A DNA stretch of 54,643 nucleotides from Vulcanimicrobiota bacterium (GCA_027364935.1 DAHXOK010000003.1:1-54643); one strand, 5' to 3'. Shown: positions 45,591 through 53,794, counted from the first letter of the stretch. A program made the numbers and translations. The notes: generated by a model not told the origin, from the letters alone.

Positions 45591-47183
45591 TCAGCAGCCG
45601 GCGTTGAGGAGATCGGCAAGCCGGCTCGCGTTGCGCGCCGTGATGCCGTAGATGGAGAGTTGGGGATTCGCACCGAGACTCGTGGGAAAGACGCTGCCGT
45701 CGAAGACGAAAAGATTGGTCATCTGGTGGTGTCGCCCGGACGAATCGACGACGCCCGCTGCCGGATCGTCGCTCATGCCGCAGCCGCCCATGACGTGAGC
45801 GCTCACGATACGCGTACGAAGAATTTCCATCGGAAGCGCATCGATCGCAGCGCGCGCCTCCTGAAGTGACCCGTATTGCCGCGCCGACTCGTGCAGGGGG
45901 AAGACCGTGCGAGCGCCCGCCGCGAACTGAATCTCCGCCATGGCGTGCAGCGCGCGCCGCGCACCCTCCCACACGTATGGCGTAATCGGATAGTCGAGAA
46001 CCGCGCTGCCGTCCGCGCGCACCGAGACGCTTCCACCGGTGCTTTCGGGATGGAAGCCGTCGCGGAGCAGGGCGATGATGACTTGCGTGTTCGGCATCTG
46101 CCCCGTCATCTCGGCGTGCGCGCGGCCGAACCCCGGAAGCGTGGTCGCCATCAACACCGGATGCACCGGTGGAACCTCGAGCTTGAAGCCGATCGGCCCG
46201 TCGAACGGCGTCTGCAGGTAGTGATCGCTGTAGACGGACTGCGGCGCACCGGCGAAGGCATCGACGGTCTCCGGCATACGGGCCGCCGAGACGAGCGTCG
46301 GATGCAAGAACGTTCGCCTGCCGAGCAAACCGCTCGGGTCGGGCACGCCGCTGCGCAAGAGCAGCGCCGGCGAGCCGATCGCACCGGCGGCGCAGACGAA
46401 CGTATGCGCCATCACGCGAATCCGGTGCGGCCCGGGGCGAAGCCCGCTCGCATCGAGCGCGCTGCATTCCAGCATCGTGACGACGCCGCCGGCATGTGCG
46501 AACTTCTCGGCGCGTACGCCGGAGATCAACGTCGCTCCGCTCTCGAGTGCGGCCGGAATCGAGGTCACGAGCATCGACTGCTTCGCATCGACGGGGCAGC
46601 CGAGACCGCAGTAGCCGAGGTTGCGGCATGCCTTCACGTTGCGGGGTACGACGCCGGTCGCAACGCCGATCGCCGCGGCGCCGCGGCGGAGAACCGCGTT
46701 GTTCTCGTTCGGCGGCAACGCCCACGGTGCGATCGAGAGACGCTGCTCCATGCGAGCGAACCACGGCGCGAGCCCTTCCGGCGTGTACTGCTGCAAGCCG
46801 TACGCGCTACGCCAGTACGCGAGGGTCGTTGCCGGAGTACGAAAACTCGCGGTCCAGTTCACGGTTGTCGAGCCGCCGACGTTTCGCCCTTGAAGGATCG
46901 TGATGCCTTTGTCTTTGGTTCGGCGCCCGGCGGATTCTTGATAGAGTTGCGGGTACGCCTCGCGCTCGAGCATGTGGAAGTCGCGCGACGTACGCAGCGG
47001 GCCCTCCTCGAGCATGACAACGCGCAGCCCCTGCGCGCAGAGTATCTCCGCTGCCGTCGCGCCGCCCGCTCCGGTGCCGACGATCGCAACGTCGGCTTCG
47101 AAACTGAGATCGCGTTCGAGCCGCGACGCATCGACGACGTGCCAGCGGCGAGCGGCAGCGCTCGCGAAAGGATTCGCGCTCAT
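45591..47183 (-). CDS. GMC family FAD-dependent oxidoreductase
   Basis: ATG 47183 gives MSANPF...ADVAIVGTGAGGATAAEILCAQGLRVVMLEEG (Rossmann fold), then GRNVGGSTTVNW and the C-terminal HVMGGCGM...VFDGSVFPTSLGANPQ. 530 aa. Confidence 0.9.
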   Translation of the reverse strand: MSANPFASAAARRWHVVDASRLERDLSFEADVAIVGTGAGGATAAEILCAQGLRVVMLEEGPLRTSRDFHMLEREAYPQLYQESAGRRTKDKGITILQGRNVGGSTTVNWTASFRTPATTLAYWRSAYGLQQYTPEGLAPWFARMEQRLSIAPWALPPNENNAVLRRGAAAIGVATGVVPRNVKACRNLGYCGLGCPVDAKQSMLVTSIPAALESGATLISGVRAEKFAHAGGVVTMLECSALDASGLRPGPHRIRVMAHTFVCAAGAIGSPALLLRSGVPDPSGLLGRRTFLHPTLVSAARMPETVDAFAGAPQSVYSDHYLQTPFDGPIGFKLEVPPVHPVLMATTLPGFGRAHAEMTGQMPNTQVIIALLRDGFHPESTGGSVSVRADGSAVLDYPITPYVWEGARRALHAMAEIQFAAGARTVFPLHESARQYGSLQEARAAIDALPMEILRTRIVSAHVMGGCGMSDDPAAGVVDSSGRHHQMTNLFVFDGSVFPTSLGANPQLSIYGITARNASRLADLLNAGC

Positions 47184-47674
47184 CGCACGACGCTCGGGGG
47201 ACCCGGATAGCCGATACGCGGCCACGCGTCGTCGTTGCCGTACCATCCCGCCATGACGAGCTGATGCAGCGCATCGTAGCCGCTGCGCAACAGCTGAAAT
47301 CCGCTGAAGCGCCAGCGCGTGAGAAAATCGGCGATTTGCGCCGGCGTCGCTTCGTTCCACGGCGGCAGACCCGCGATGAGGCGACGCGTCGGCGCAAAAG
47401 TGAGCAGCGCGAAGAGCTACTGCACTTCGCCCTGAACCTGCGGCGGTAAGCCGTCGACGGCGATTGCGAAGCCGGCCACGGCTTCGGCCACGGCGCGCGC
47501 GCGCTCCGGATCGTTTGCGGGAATAGCGCCATCGAGCATGACGGCGGCGATCTTGGCCACGACGTTGCGCTGCGCTTCATCGAGAGTGCCGGAGTGGCGC
47601 GCGCAATCGGCGAGCGTCAGGAGAGCGACGCCCGCAGCACCGGTCTTCAAGAGCTCCCGGCGCGTCAGGGACAT
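47180..47674 (-). pseudogene. Tat-signal partner protein of the GMC oxidoreductase (gluconate-2-dehydrogenase subunit-3-like), in-frame TAG at codon 86
   Basis: ATG 47674 gives MSLTRRELLKTGAAGVALLTLA (twin-Arg signal)...GLPPQVQGEVQ-TAG(47419..47417)-LFALLTFAPTRRLIAGLPPWNEATPAQIADFLTRWRFSGFQLLRSGYDALHQLVMAGWYGNDDAWPRIGYPGPPSVVR. The final TGA overlaps the GMC ATG (ATGA). Both halves are in the same frame. Confidence 0.7.
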
Positions 47675-47690
47675 GAAGGAGGGTTGGCGC

Positions 47691-48066
47691 TTAGAGCGCG
47701 CGGCCCTTCGTTTCGGGCAGGGCGAGCGCCGCAACGATGGTGACGAGATACCGCCGTCGCGACCATCGCCGTCGCGACGGAAGCGCGACCGGCGAGTACT
47801 CCGACGATATCGGGTGCCGCGCCTGCGACGCCGCGCCCGACGTTGTAACGGAAGCCCTGTGACGGCAAGATAGAGCGGAACCATCAGCGCCGAACGCGCA
47901 GACGCGCGACGCGCCGTGAGAACATTCCGGCGAGCGTTACGCGCAACGGCGGCCGAACGACCGCGTACGCCGGCGGATCCTGTACCGCTCGCCTTACGTA
48001 GAGCACCGCAAACGCCGGAAGTATTCCGAGAAAGAAGAGCGCCCGTCGCGCGACCGGAGAGGGAGC
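47691..48066 (-). pseudogene. Relic of an MFS transporter gene (internal deletion, in-frame stop, frameshift)
   Basis: Minus-strand fragments RRALFFLGILPAFAVLYVRRAVQDPPAY (post-TM6 loop motif), then TGA 47886..47884, then QGFRYNVGRGVAGAAPDIVGVLAGR...AMVATA (TM11-12 motif). After a 1-nt frame change comes YLVTIVAALALPETKGRAL*, with stop TAA 47693..47691. About 375 nt remain of an expected ~1.3 kb gene. Confidence 0.6.
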
Positions 48067-48097
48067 TGCCGTTGCCGCCGTCAACGTCCCCGATTGC

Positions 48098-48976
48098 ATG
48101 CCTCGCACGCTTCGGTACCGCATCGTCGACGTCTTCACCGACGCTCCCCTCGAAGGGAACCCGCTCGCCGTCTTCTACGAAGGGCACGACCTCGACGCAG
48201 AGCTCATGCAGCGCATCGCGCGCGAACTGAACCTCTCCGAGACCGCGTTTCTCCTACCGGCTACGCGGAAGGACTGCGCGTTGCGCCTGCGGATCTTCAC
48301 GCCGGCGCGCGAGCTGCGATTCGCAGGACACCCCACGATCGGTGCGGCGTACGTCGCACGGGATCGCGGAATCGTCGCGCGCACGGCGCGCTCGTTTGCG
48401 TTGGAAGAGGGCGTAGGACCGGTCTCGGTCCGCGTGGAGAGCGACATGCTATGGCTCTCCACGCCGCAGATCGAGCGCGTCGGCGAGTGCGATCGCGCGG
48501 CGTGCGCGCGCGCGCTCGACCTTCGCGAGTGGGACCTGCTCGCGGACGTTCCGCCGCAGGTCTATAGTGCCGGGAACCCGATGCTCTACGTCGCGGTGAC
48601 CGATCGCGATACCGTCGATCGCGCGAGCGTGGATCCGGCAGCGCTCGGAGCGCTCGAAGACGAAATTCGCGAATCGATCGGCGTCTTCGTTTTCACGCCG
48701 ACTCGGGCCGGCGCGTACTCGCGGATGTTTGCCCCGGAGCTCGGCGTCGTCGAGGACCCCGCAACGGGAAGCGCAACGGGTCCGCTCGCCGCGTACATGA
48801 TGGCACATGGTTTGTGCGGAACGGCCGACGGCACCGCGTTCGTCAGCGAGCAAGGCACGAAGATGGGAAGGCGTAGTTTGCTGCACGTCCTCGTTCGCGG
48901 CGAGCGCGGCAGCGACGGTATCGACGTCGGCGGTCGAGTCGCTCCGATCGTCGATGCCACGATGACGCTGCCGTAG
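48098..48976 (+). CDS. PhzF family isomerase
   Basis: 292 aa. YRIVDVFTDAPLEGNPLAVF...RIARELNLSETAFLLP...RIFTPARELRFAGHPTIGAA is the PhzF/DAP-epimerase-like signature. Confidence 0.9.
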   Translation: MPRTLRYRIVDVFTDAPLEGNPLAVFYEGHDLDAELMQRIARELNLSETAFLLPATRKDCALRLRIFTPARELRFAGHPTIGAAYVARDRGIVARTARSFALEEGVGPVSVRVESDMLWLSTPQIERVGECDRAACARALDLREWDLLADVPPQVYSAGNPMLYVAVTDRDTVDRASVDPAALGALEDEIRESIGVFVFTPTRAGAYSRMFAPELGVVEDPATGSATGPLAAYMMAHGLCGTADGTAFVSEQGTKMGRRSLLHVLVRGERGSDGIDVGGRVAPIVDATMTLP

Positions 48977-48977
48977 G

Positions 48978-51047
48978 TTACGGCTGCAGCAGCTTCTCGG
49001 GCGTGATCGGCAGATCGCGCACGCGGACCCCCGTCGCATGGAAGACGGCGGTGGCGATCGCCGCCGCAGATCCGGTCGCACCGAGTTCCCCGACGCCCTT
49101 GACGCCGATCGGATTCACGTGCGCGTCTTCCTCCTCGACGATGTACGCTTCCATCGAGCCGACGTCCGCGTTCACCGGCACGAGATACCCGGCAAGGTTC
49201 GCGTTCACGATCCGCCCCGTGCTCGCGTCGAAGCGCGTCTCCTCGTGCAGCGCCATGCCGATGCCGAAGACCATCCCTCCGAGATACTGGCTGCGCGCCG
49301 TCTTGCGATTCAGAATGCGGCCCGCAGCGAAGGCGCCGATCATCGCACGCACGCGCACTTCTCCGAGATCGGGATCGACCTCGACGCGAGCGAACTGCGC
49401 GCCGAACGCGTGCGTCGAGTATCTTCCGCCCCAGGCGGCTTTGGCGTCGGCGCGGGCTTCGAGCGGCGCCTTCTCGCCCTTGCGAAGGCGATCGCGTAGA
49501 GCCGACGCAGCCTCGTAGACCGCCGAGCCGACGCTCGCCGCAGTCCACGACCCAGCCGAAAGCGGCGCCGGCGGCAGATCGGTGTCGCCGAGCTCCATGC
49601 GAACGCGTTCGAGGGGAAGCTCCAAGATCGTCGCCGCGAGCTGCGCGTACACCGTGTAGCTCCCGGTCCCGAGGTCCTGCGTTCCGCTGCGCACGACGAC
49701 GCTTCCGTCCGCTTCCATGCGCACGACCGCGCTAGCCGAGACGCGGTTGGCGGGATAGGTCGCCGTCGCCATGCCCATTCCCAGGAGCAGCCGACCGTTG
49801 CGCATCGAACGCGGGCGCACGTCGCGCTCGCTCCATCCGATCTTCTCGGCTCCGAGCGCATAGCATTCGCGTAAGTGTTTGCTGCTGAACTCCTTGCCAT
49901 CGTCGGGATCGGTCTGCGCGTAGTTGCGCAGCCGCAACTCGATGGAGTCGATGCCGGCGGCATACGCGAGCTCGTCCATCGCCGATTCGAGCGCGAAGGT
50001 TCCGCTGGCCTCACCCGGCGCACGCATGTACGTCGGCGTGGCGGCGTTCACGCGGGCGAGCGTGTGCGTGGTGCGCACGTTCGGCGCCGCATAGAGCATC
50101 TTCGTTACGAGCCCGCTCGACTCGACGAACTCGTCGAAGACCGACGTTTGGGAGAGCACGTCGTGCGCGATCGCCGAGAGCCTGCCGTCGCGATCGGCGC
50201 CCAGCGCAATCGCTTGAATCGTTCGGGGACGATAGCCGACGGAGCCGAACATCTGGGGTCGCGTCAGCACGAGCTTTACGGTCCGCCCGACGACGCGTGC
50301 CGCCATCGCCGCGAGCGCCACGTGCGACCACACGCCGCCTTTGCCTCCGAAGCCTCCGCCCAAGAACGACGAGATCACGCGCACGTTTTCGACGGGAATC
50401 TCGAAGATCGCGGCGAGACGCTTGCGTACGTTCGTGATGCCTTGCGTCGCGTCGTACACCGTCAGCCGATCGCCGTCCCAGCTCGCGATCGTGGCGTGCG
50501 GCTCCATCGGGTTGTGATGCTCGACCGGCGTCGAGTAGACGCGCCTGACCTGTATTGCCGCGGCGCTCAGGGCCGCCTCCGGATCGCCGCGCGTTACGGA
50601 GGCCGGATGCCCGAAGATCTCCTCGGGCGCGTACCGGTCGGTAGAGGTCTCGATGCTCGTAACCGGAGCCTGCGCCTCGTACGCAATCCGTACGAGCGAT
50701 GCAGCATGGTGCGCGCGCTCGAGCGATTCGCCGACGACGACCGCAACCGGCTCCCGGTCGTACCGAACGCGATCGTCTTGAAGGAGCGAGAGCGCGAACG
50801 CGTTATCGTTGCCTTCCGCGCGAACGCGCGGCGCGTTCTCGTAGCTGAGCACGGCGAGAACGCCTTGGAGGCTGCGCGCTCGCACCGCGTCGACGCTCGC
50901 AATCCGTCCTCGTGCGATCTCGCTCGTAACCATGACAGCGTAGGCCGCATTCGGCAAGGCGACGTCGGCGGTATACCGCGCGGCTCCGGTCACTTTCACG
51001 CGGCCGTCGGCGCGATCGACCGCAGCGCCTACGAGTGGAAGGTTCAC
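48978..51047 (-). CDS. Xanthine dehydrogenase / aldehyde oxidase family molybdopterin-binding subunit
   Basis: GTG 51047 overlaps the stop of the 2Fe-2S subunit (GTGA). DGRVKVTGAARYTAD (a/b hammerhead)...SSFLGGGFGGKG...MRAPGEASGTFALE... are Moco-domain motifs. 689 aa. Confidence 0.88.
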   Translation of the reverse strand: MNLPLVGAAVDRADGRVKVTGAARYTADVALPNAAYAVMVTSEIARGRIASVDAVRARSLQGVLAVLSYENAPRVRAEGNDNAFALSLLQDDRVRYDREPVAVVVGESLERAHHAASLVRIAYEAQAPVTSIETSTDRYAPEEIFGHPASVTRGDPEAALSAAAIQVRRVYSTPVEHHNPMEPHATIASWDGDRLTVYDATQGITNVRKRLAAIFEIPVENVRVISSFLGGGFGGKGGVWSHVALAAMAARVVGRTVKLVLTRPQMFGSVGYRPRTIQAIALGADRDGRLSAIAHDVLSQTSVFDEFVESSGLVTKMLYAAPNVRTTHTLARVNAATPTYMRAPGEASGTFALESAMDELAYAAGIDSIELRLRNYAQTDPDDGKEFSSKHLRECYALGAEKIGWSERDVRPRSMRNGRLLLGMGMATATYPANRVSASAVVRMEADGSVVVRSGTQDLGTGSYTVYAQLAATILELPLERVRMELGDTDLPPAPLSAGSWTAASVGSAVYEAASALRDRLRKGEKAPLEARADAKAAWGGRYSTHAFGAQFARVEVDPDLGEVRVRAMIGAFAAGRILNRKTARSQYLGGMVFGIGMALHEETRFDASTGRIVNANLAGYLVPVNADVGSMEAYIVEEEDAHVNPIGVKGVGELGATGSAAAIATAVFHATGVRVRDLPITPEKLLQP

Positions 51048-51520
51048 GTCGTTCGCTCTGCCACGGCACGCACGGCAGCTACGATGTTCTCGTACGCGCC
51101 GCAACGGCAGAGGTTGCCGCTCATCTGCTCGCGGATCGCGGCATCGTCGAGCGTACGACCTTCCTGCAATAGGGCGATCGCGCAAAGGATCTGCCCCGGC
51201 GTGCAGTAGCCGCACTGAAACGCGTCGTGCTCCACGAATGCGTCTTGCACCGGATGCAGCGCGTCGCCCCGCGCAACGCCCTCGATCGTCGTGACCGACG
51301 CGCCCGCATGCATGACGGCAAGCGTCAGGCAGGAGAGCACCCGCCGTCCGTCCACGAGCACCGTGCACGCCCCGCAGGTTCCCTGGTCGCAGCCCTTCTT
51401 CGTTCCGGTCAGGTCGAGATGTTCGCGCAGGGCGTCGAGCAGCGTAACGCGCGGCTCGACGCAGAGCTCGCGCGCCTCACCGTTCACGTCGAGTACGACG
51501 CGCGCGATTAGAGCCCCAAT
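51044..51520 (-). CDS. (2Fe-2S)-binding small subunit of the molybdo-dehydrogenase
   Basis: ...VVLDVNGEARELCVEPRVTLLDALRE...GCDQGTCGACTV...FQCGYCTPGQI...GNLCRCGAYENI are two [2Fe-2S] Cys clusters. No ATG/GTG/TTG precedes the first beta-strand. ATT 51520 lies 7 nt after AGGAAG and is my proposed start. GTG 51487 is the canonical alternative, but it would delete strand 1. Confidence 0.75.
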   Translation of the reverse strand: MGALIARVVLDVNGEARELCVEPRVTLLDALREHLDLTGTKKGCDQGTCGACTVLVDGRRVLSCLTLAVMHAGASVTTIEGVARGDALHPVQDAFVEHDAFQCGYCTPGQILCAIALLQEGRTLDDAAIREQMSGNLCRCGAYENIVAAVRAVAERTT

Positions 51521-52743
51521 GGGTATGCTTCCTCGCCGTGCAAGTGCATGTCCAACCCGTGCTCTTCGACGTCGGGCCCGACGGTCGTCACCGTAACGCG
51601 GCTGATGAGCCACAGCATTCCGTAGGTGAAGACGAAGGCCCAAATACTGCAGACGAGCGCGGAAACCACTTGCTTGACGAAGAACGCGCCGCCGCCGAAC
51701 AGCAGGCCGTCGGCACCGTTCGGATTCCACGCCTTCGAGGCGAATATCCCGAGCAACGTGATGCCGAGGAACCCGCCCACGCCGTGCACGCCCCACACGT
51801 CGAGCGCGTCGTCGAGGCGCACGCGATTCTTGAGCGCGACGGCGTAGTAGCAGATCGCGCCGGCAAGCAGCCCGAAGATGACTGCAGTCGTCGGCGAGAC
51901 GTATCCGGCCGCCGGAGTGATCGTTGCGAGGCCGGCGACGGCGCCGGTGAGCAACCCGACGAACTTCGGCTGACGTCCGTGCGCCCACTCGATGAATAGC
52001 CACGTGATCGCGGCGAACGATGCGGCAACGTCCGTGTTCAGAAACGCCGCGGCCGTCACCGCGTCGACGCGCAACTCCGAACCTGCGTTGAAACCGTACC
52101 AACCGAACCAGAGGAGCCCCGTGCCCAACGCAATGAGCGGCACGTTATGCGGTTTGTTTTCCATGACGTGGCGCCGCCCAACGAAGATGACCGACGCCAG
52201 CGCTGCAAAGCCGGCCGATGCGTGAACGACGAGGCCGCCGGCGAAGTCGAGAGCGCCCCACTTCGCGAGCATACCGTCTGGGCTCCATAGCATGTGCACG
52301 AATGGGAAGTACACGAAGATCAGCCATGCCGTTAGGAAGAGAAAATACGCTTTGAACGTCACGCGATTCGCAAACGCTCCGGTGATGAGCGCCGGCGTGA
52401 TGATCGCAAACATCATTTGATAGGCAACGTGTACGACGAGCGGGATCCCGGCATCGTTTCCGGTGAACATCGTGTGCAGCGTGATTCCGTGGAGGAACGC
52501 GTACGTCAGCGGGTTGCCGATGATGCCGTGCCAATCCGGTCCGAAGCACAGCGAGTATCCAAAGGCATACCAGATGACGGTGGTCCATCCCAGCGACATG
52601 AAACTCTGGATCATGATGGTGAGCACGTTCTTGCGGCCCACCAGGCCCCCGTAAAAGAATGCGAGCCCGGGCGTCATGAGCATGACGAGGCTCGCACAAA
52701 TGAGCATGAATGCCGTGTTGCCGACGTTAACCGAAGCGTTCAT
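51508..52743 (-). CDS. amt: Ammonium transporter
   Basis: 411 aa. AFMLICASLVMLMTPGLAFFYGG..., DFAGGLVVHASAG..., WFGWYGFNAGS..., VHGVGGFLG are Amt/MEP signatures. Confidence 0.95.
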   Translation of the reverse strand: MNASVNVGNTAFMLICASLVMLMTPGLAFFYGGLVGRKNVLTIMIQSFMSLGWTTVIWYAFGYSLCFGPDWHGIIGNPLTYAFLHGITLHTMFTGNDAGIPLVVHVAYQMMFAIITPALITGAFANRVTFKAYFLFLTAWLIFVYFPFVHMLWSPDGMLAKWGALDFAGGLVVHASAGFAALASVIFVGRRHVMENKPHNVPLIALGTGLLWFGWYGFNAGSELRVDAVTAAAFLNTDVAASFAAITWLFIEWAHGRQPKFVGLLTGAVAGLATITPAAGYVSPTTAVIFGLLAGAICYYAVALKNRVRLDDALDVWGVHGVGGFLGITLLGIFASKAWNPNGADGLLFGGGAFFVKQVVSALVCSIWAFVFTYGMLWLISRVTVTTVGPDVEEHGLDMHLHGEEAYPLGL

Positions 52744-52788
52744 CGCGCCAGCTTAGCCGCCAGGCAAACCGATGCCTTGCTTGCCTCC

Positions 52789-53520
52789 TTATTCGAGCGA
52801 AAGGCGGATTACCCCAGCGTCGACGTCCCCGGCCGAACCGTTGACGGTGATCGTGCGCGGCGCGTACCCGCTGTCCTGTGGCGGCTGCACGATCAACGTG
52901 ACCCTTCCCGCGGGGAGATCGGCGATGAGAAACGAGCCGTCGTCCGATGTGGCCCCGAACGGCGCCATGCCGCTAGCCGACGCGTCGTCCACATTGACGA
53001 CGACGACCGCGCCGATAACCGGCGCGCCACTGTCGGCATCGACGACCGTACCCTCGACCGAGATCGTCGCCGGTACGGGGGCCTCGGGTGGACCGAAAAC
53101 CTGCGCGACGGAGAGTGCTGTCCCATCCGAGGGATACTCCGCTTGCAGGATTGCCACGATGTCGAGTGCCTGCGGGACGGACGCGGATCCGGCGCGCTGA
53201 TAATCCAGCAACAGGCGGCGCATCGAGCGCGGCAGCCAGGGATCGCGCGGATATTTGTGCTGCCAGTCGCGGATCGCATCTTGCAGATCGTTGAGCGCGT
53301 GGCGCGTGTCCGGCTCGAGCATTTCGTCGTCCGATCTGCGATCGAATCCGTCGAGGCGATTGCGAATCTCGAGCACGCTCTCCTTTTGCCGGCCGAAGTA
53401 TTCGTCGGCGGGAGCCAAGCGGGAGCGCGCGACGTCCGAGCGACCGTGCGCCGACGCGACGACGACGGCAGGTGCGCAGGCGAATGCGATGAGTACGGCA
53501 GTAGCAACGATGGCACGCAT
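52789..53520 (-). CDS. Hypothetical secreted protein with C-terminal carboxypeptidase-regulatory-like beta-sandwich
   Basis: ATG 53520 lies 8 nt after GGAGGA. Signal peptide MRAIVATAVLIAFACAPAVVVASA. C-terminal GTVVDADSGAPVIGAVVVV...SDDGSFLIADLPAGRVTLIV is CarboxypepD_reg-like. 243 aa. Confidence 0.6.
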   Translation of the reverse strand: MRAIVATAVLIAFACAPAVVVASAHGRSDVARSRLAPADEYFGRQKESVLEIRNRLDGFDRRSDDEMLEPDTRHALNDLQDAIRDWQHKYPRDPWLPRSMRRLLLDYQRAGSASVPQALDIVAILQAEYPSDGTALSVAQVFGPPEAPVPATISVEGTVVDADSGAPVIGAVVVVNVDDASASGMAPFGATSDDGSFLIADLPAGRVTLIVQPPQDSGYAPRTITVNGSAGDVDAGVIRLSLE

Positions 53521-53700
53521 ACGGTAAATCCTCCGTACAGCCGTCATCGGCCGCGCGGTCGCATGCTTACAATGCCTTTACGCTTGCTCCCTGGGCGCGC
53601 AAACGAGATGCGCGCCTCTCGAACGTTGCAGTTCGGCCCTTACGCCGCGGCGTTTTTCTCACGCTTCGAGCGCCGGCGCGCACCGCGCACGCGCGTCGCG

Positions 53701-53722
53701 CTTTACCGAACCTTTACCGAAG
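53701..53722 (+). repeat. 11-bp tandem direct repeat in the typA leader (ctttaccgaaC / ctttaccgaaG)
   Basis: Read directly: 53701-53711 and 53712-53722 are identical in 10/11 positions. Confidence 0.65.
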
Positions 53723-53749
53723 GCCCCGCAACTCGGGAGCCTCGTTCGA

Positions 53750-53765
53750 CCCTGCATTTGCAGGG
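53750..53765. promoter_or_regulatory. 7-2-7 palindrome ccctgca-tt-tgcaggg, 30 nt upstream of the typA start (candidate operator or leader hairpin)
   Basis: Perfect 7-bp inverted repeat read directly from the sequence. Function not established. Confidence 0.35.
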
Positions 53766-53794
53766 CATCACCAGCCGATGGGCAAGCAAGCGCG

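Noticed and set aside
47417-47419. UAG read as pyrrolysine or a reassigned sense codon
   Set aside because: TAG is used as a normal stop here (for example grx at 2538-2540 and the acyl-CoA dehydrogenase at 27473-27475). No pyl genes are present in the window, and the position aligns with an ordinary Glu/Gln in my recollection of homologues.
53731-53770. tRNA-like GTTCGA box upstream of typA
   Set aside because: The flanking bases cannot form a T-stem (cctcg versus ctgca), and no acceptor or anticodon arms can be drawn.
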